The notes beneath the pieces are model-generated. The model made no database searches, was not told the origin of the DNA, and saw only the letters and a program-made list of their open reading frames with translations. Below, piece after piece: positions 62,762-64,000 of a DNA stretch of 64,000 nucleotides. The position numbers were made by a program, and so were the translations under genes. Location of the stretch: positions 3,072,001-3,136,000 of the forward strand of contig OY970067.1 of NCBI GenBank assembly GCA_963705305.1, written 5' to 3'. Each line of letters opens with the position of its first letter. The stretch's first letter is position 1. Origin of the DNA: an uncultured Methylomirabilota bacterium (GTDB taxonomy: Bacteria; Methylomirabilota; Methylomirabilia; Methylomirabilales; 2-02-FULL-66-22).

Positions 62762-64000
62762 GTGCCCACATTGGCGGCGGCGCCTGCGGGAACCCGATCG
62801 ACCATCCTTGTGGTCGAGGATGAGGTCGGCATCGCGCGCATGATCCAGGTCTTGCTGGAGGCGCGAGGGTTTGCCACGGCTGTGGCTCATTCCGGAGACG
62901 AGGCCCTGGCGAAGGTGGCCGATCATCCAGCGGATCTGGTGCTGCTCGACGTCATGATGCCGGGCATGGACGGGTACGAGGTCTGCCGCCGCCTGAAGGC
63001 CGACGAGCGATGGCGGCGGATTCCCGTGATGATGCTGACCGCCAAGGACGCGGTCCGGGACATGGTCCAGGGGCTGGAAATCGGGGCCGACGACTACATC
63101 ACCAAGCCGTTCAATAGCGACGAGCTGGTGGCCCGGATCAAAGTCCTGCTCCGCATCCAGTCCATGAGCACAGAGCTGGTGCGGCGCAACCGGGAGCTGC
63201 AGACATTGAACGCGGTGGCGGTGGCGGTGAATCGGTCCCTGGGTCTGGACGAGATCCTGGAAGGCGCGCTGGCGCAGATCCTGGAGAACCTCGCGCTGGC
63301 CCACGGATTCGTCCACCTGCTGGATGCGAAGACCGGCCAGCTCGTGCTGCGGGCTTGGCGCGGCCTAAAGGGCCTTCCGGACGGGCGGCTCGTCCGCCTC
63401 TCCCCCGGGACGCATTGGCTGTGGCAGGCCCTGGTGGGGGAGGAGCCCCAGATCCTGCCCGATCCCGCCCAGCCCGACGCCGTTCCCCCGCCTCCGGCCG
63501 GAATGTCGCTGCCCCTGGCCGCCGTCCCTCTGCGGTTTCAGCAGCGGCCGCTGGGGGTTCTCAGCGTCGTGGGCACGTCCCACAGGCAGCTGTCCCAGGA
63601 CGAGGCAAGCCTCCTGAGCGCCATCGGACGCCAGATCGCCGTGGCGCTGGAGAACTGCCTGCTATATGCCGAGAGCCGGCGCAAGGCTCGAGAATCGGAC
63701 GCGCTGTACCAGGTCACCCGGACCATGTCCTCCAGTCTGGACCTGCAGGATATCTTGGGCCGCATCAGCGAGGCGGTCTCCACCCTGCTGGAGACGCGAG
63801 CCATGTCGCTCATGCTGCTCAGCGGGGACGGCCAGACGCTCACGACGGTGGCCGGGTACAACCCGTCGGACAATTCCCCGCAGGAGCGGGAGACCATCCG
63901 GACATACGAGGGAAACAACCCCAGCCTGGTGGCCGTCCTGGAGCGGCGGCCGGTAGCGATTCCCGATCTGGCCGCGGAGACCAGCTTTGCGCCCTGGCTG
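62762..64000 (+). CDS. REC + tandem GAF signalling protein (3'-truncated by window edge; absent from ORF track)
   Basis: GTG behind GAGGAG; ILVVEDE, LLDVMMP, TKPF, then VNRSLGLDEIL...IAVALEN GAF. Confidence 0.88.
   Translation, partial: MPTLAAAPAGTRSTILVVEDEVGIARMIQVLLEARGFATAVAHSGDEALAKVADHPADLVLLDVMMPGMDGYEVCRRLKADERWRRIPVMMLTAKDAVRDMVQGLEIGADDYITKPFNSDELVARIKVLLRIQSMSTELVRRNRELQTLNAVAVAVNRSLGLDEILEGALAQILENLALAHGFVHLLDAKTGQLVLRAWRGLKGLPDGRLVRLSPGTHWLWQALVGEEPQILPDPAQPDAVPPPPAGMSLPLAAVPLRFQQRPLGVLSVVGTSHRQLSQDEASLLSAIGRQIAVALENCLLYAESRRKARESDALYQVTRTMSSSLDLQDILGRISEAVSTLLETRAMSLMLLSGDGQTLTTVAGYNPSDNSPQERETIRTYEGNNPSLVAVLERRPVAIPDLAAETSFAPWL

Overview
GC-rich bacterial chromosomal segment (roughly 65-70% GC by eye; lineage not determinable from the sequence alone). 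Mostly housekeeping and metabolic genes: deoC (partial), ychF, mtaB, mtnP, uvrA, rlmD, leuD/leuC-like, galU, lon, rnj, ftsK, lolA, yajQ. It is also rich in signal-transduction genes (PilZ proteins, multi-GAF histidine kinases, HD-GYP, single REC proteins, NtrC-type two-component system, ECF sigma/anti-sigma). Most notable observations: (1) an HUH/Y1 (RAYT-like) transposase bounded by asymmetric 26-bp inverted ends. A 75-bp miniature copy with the same left and right ends lies 12 kb downstream, so the outermost ends bracket a 13-kb signalling cassette. (2) A CxxU AhpD/CMD-like selenoprotein candidate with a SECIS-like hairpin, missed by the ORF track. (3) Palindromic short-repeat DNA inserted in frame into the same ATPase-domain loop of three histidine kinases. 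(4) A MITE family sitting on TAG stop codons and carrying nested sub-repeats. (5) Candidate regulatory RNAs and a 31-aa bS22/COX24-like ORF. Five genes carry single-base disruptions that may be sequencing errors. All product calls come from recognising motifs by eye; no searches were run.
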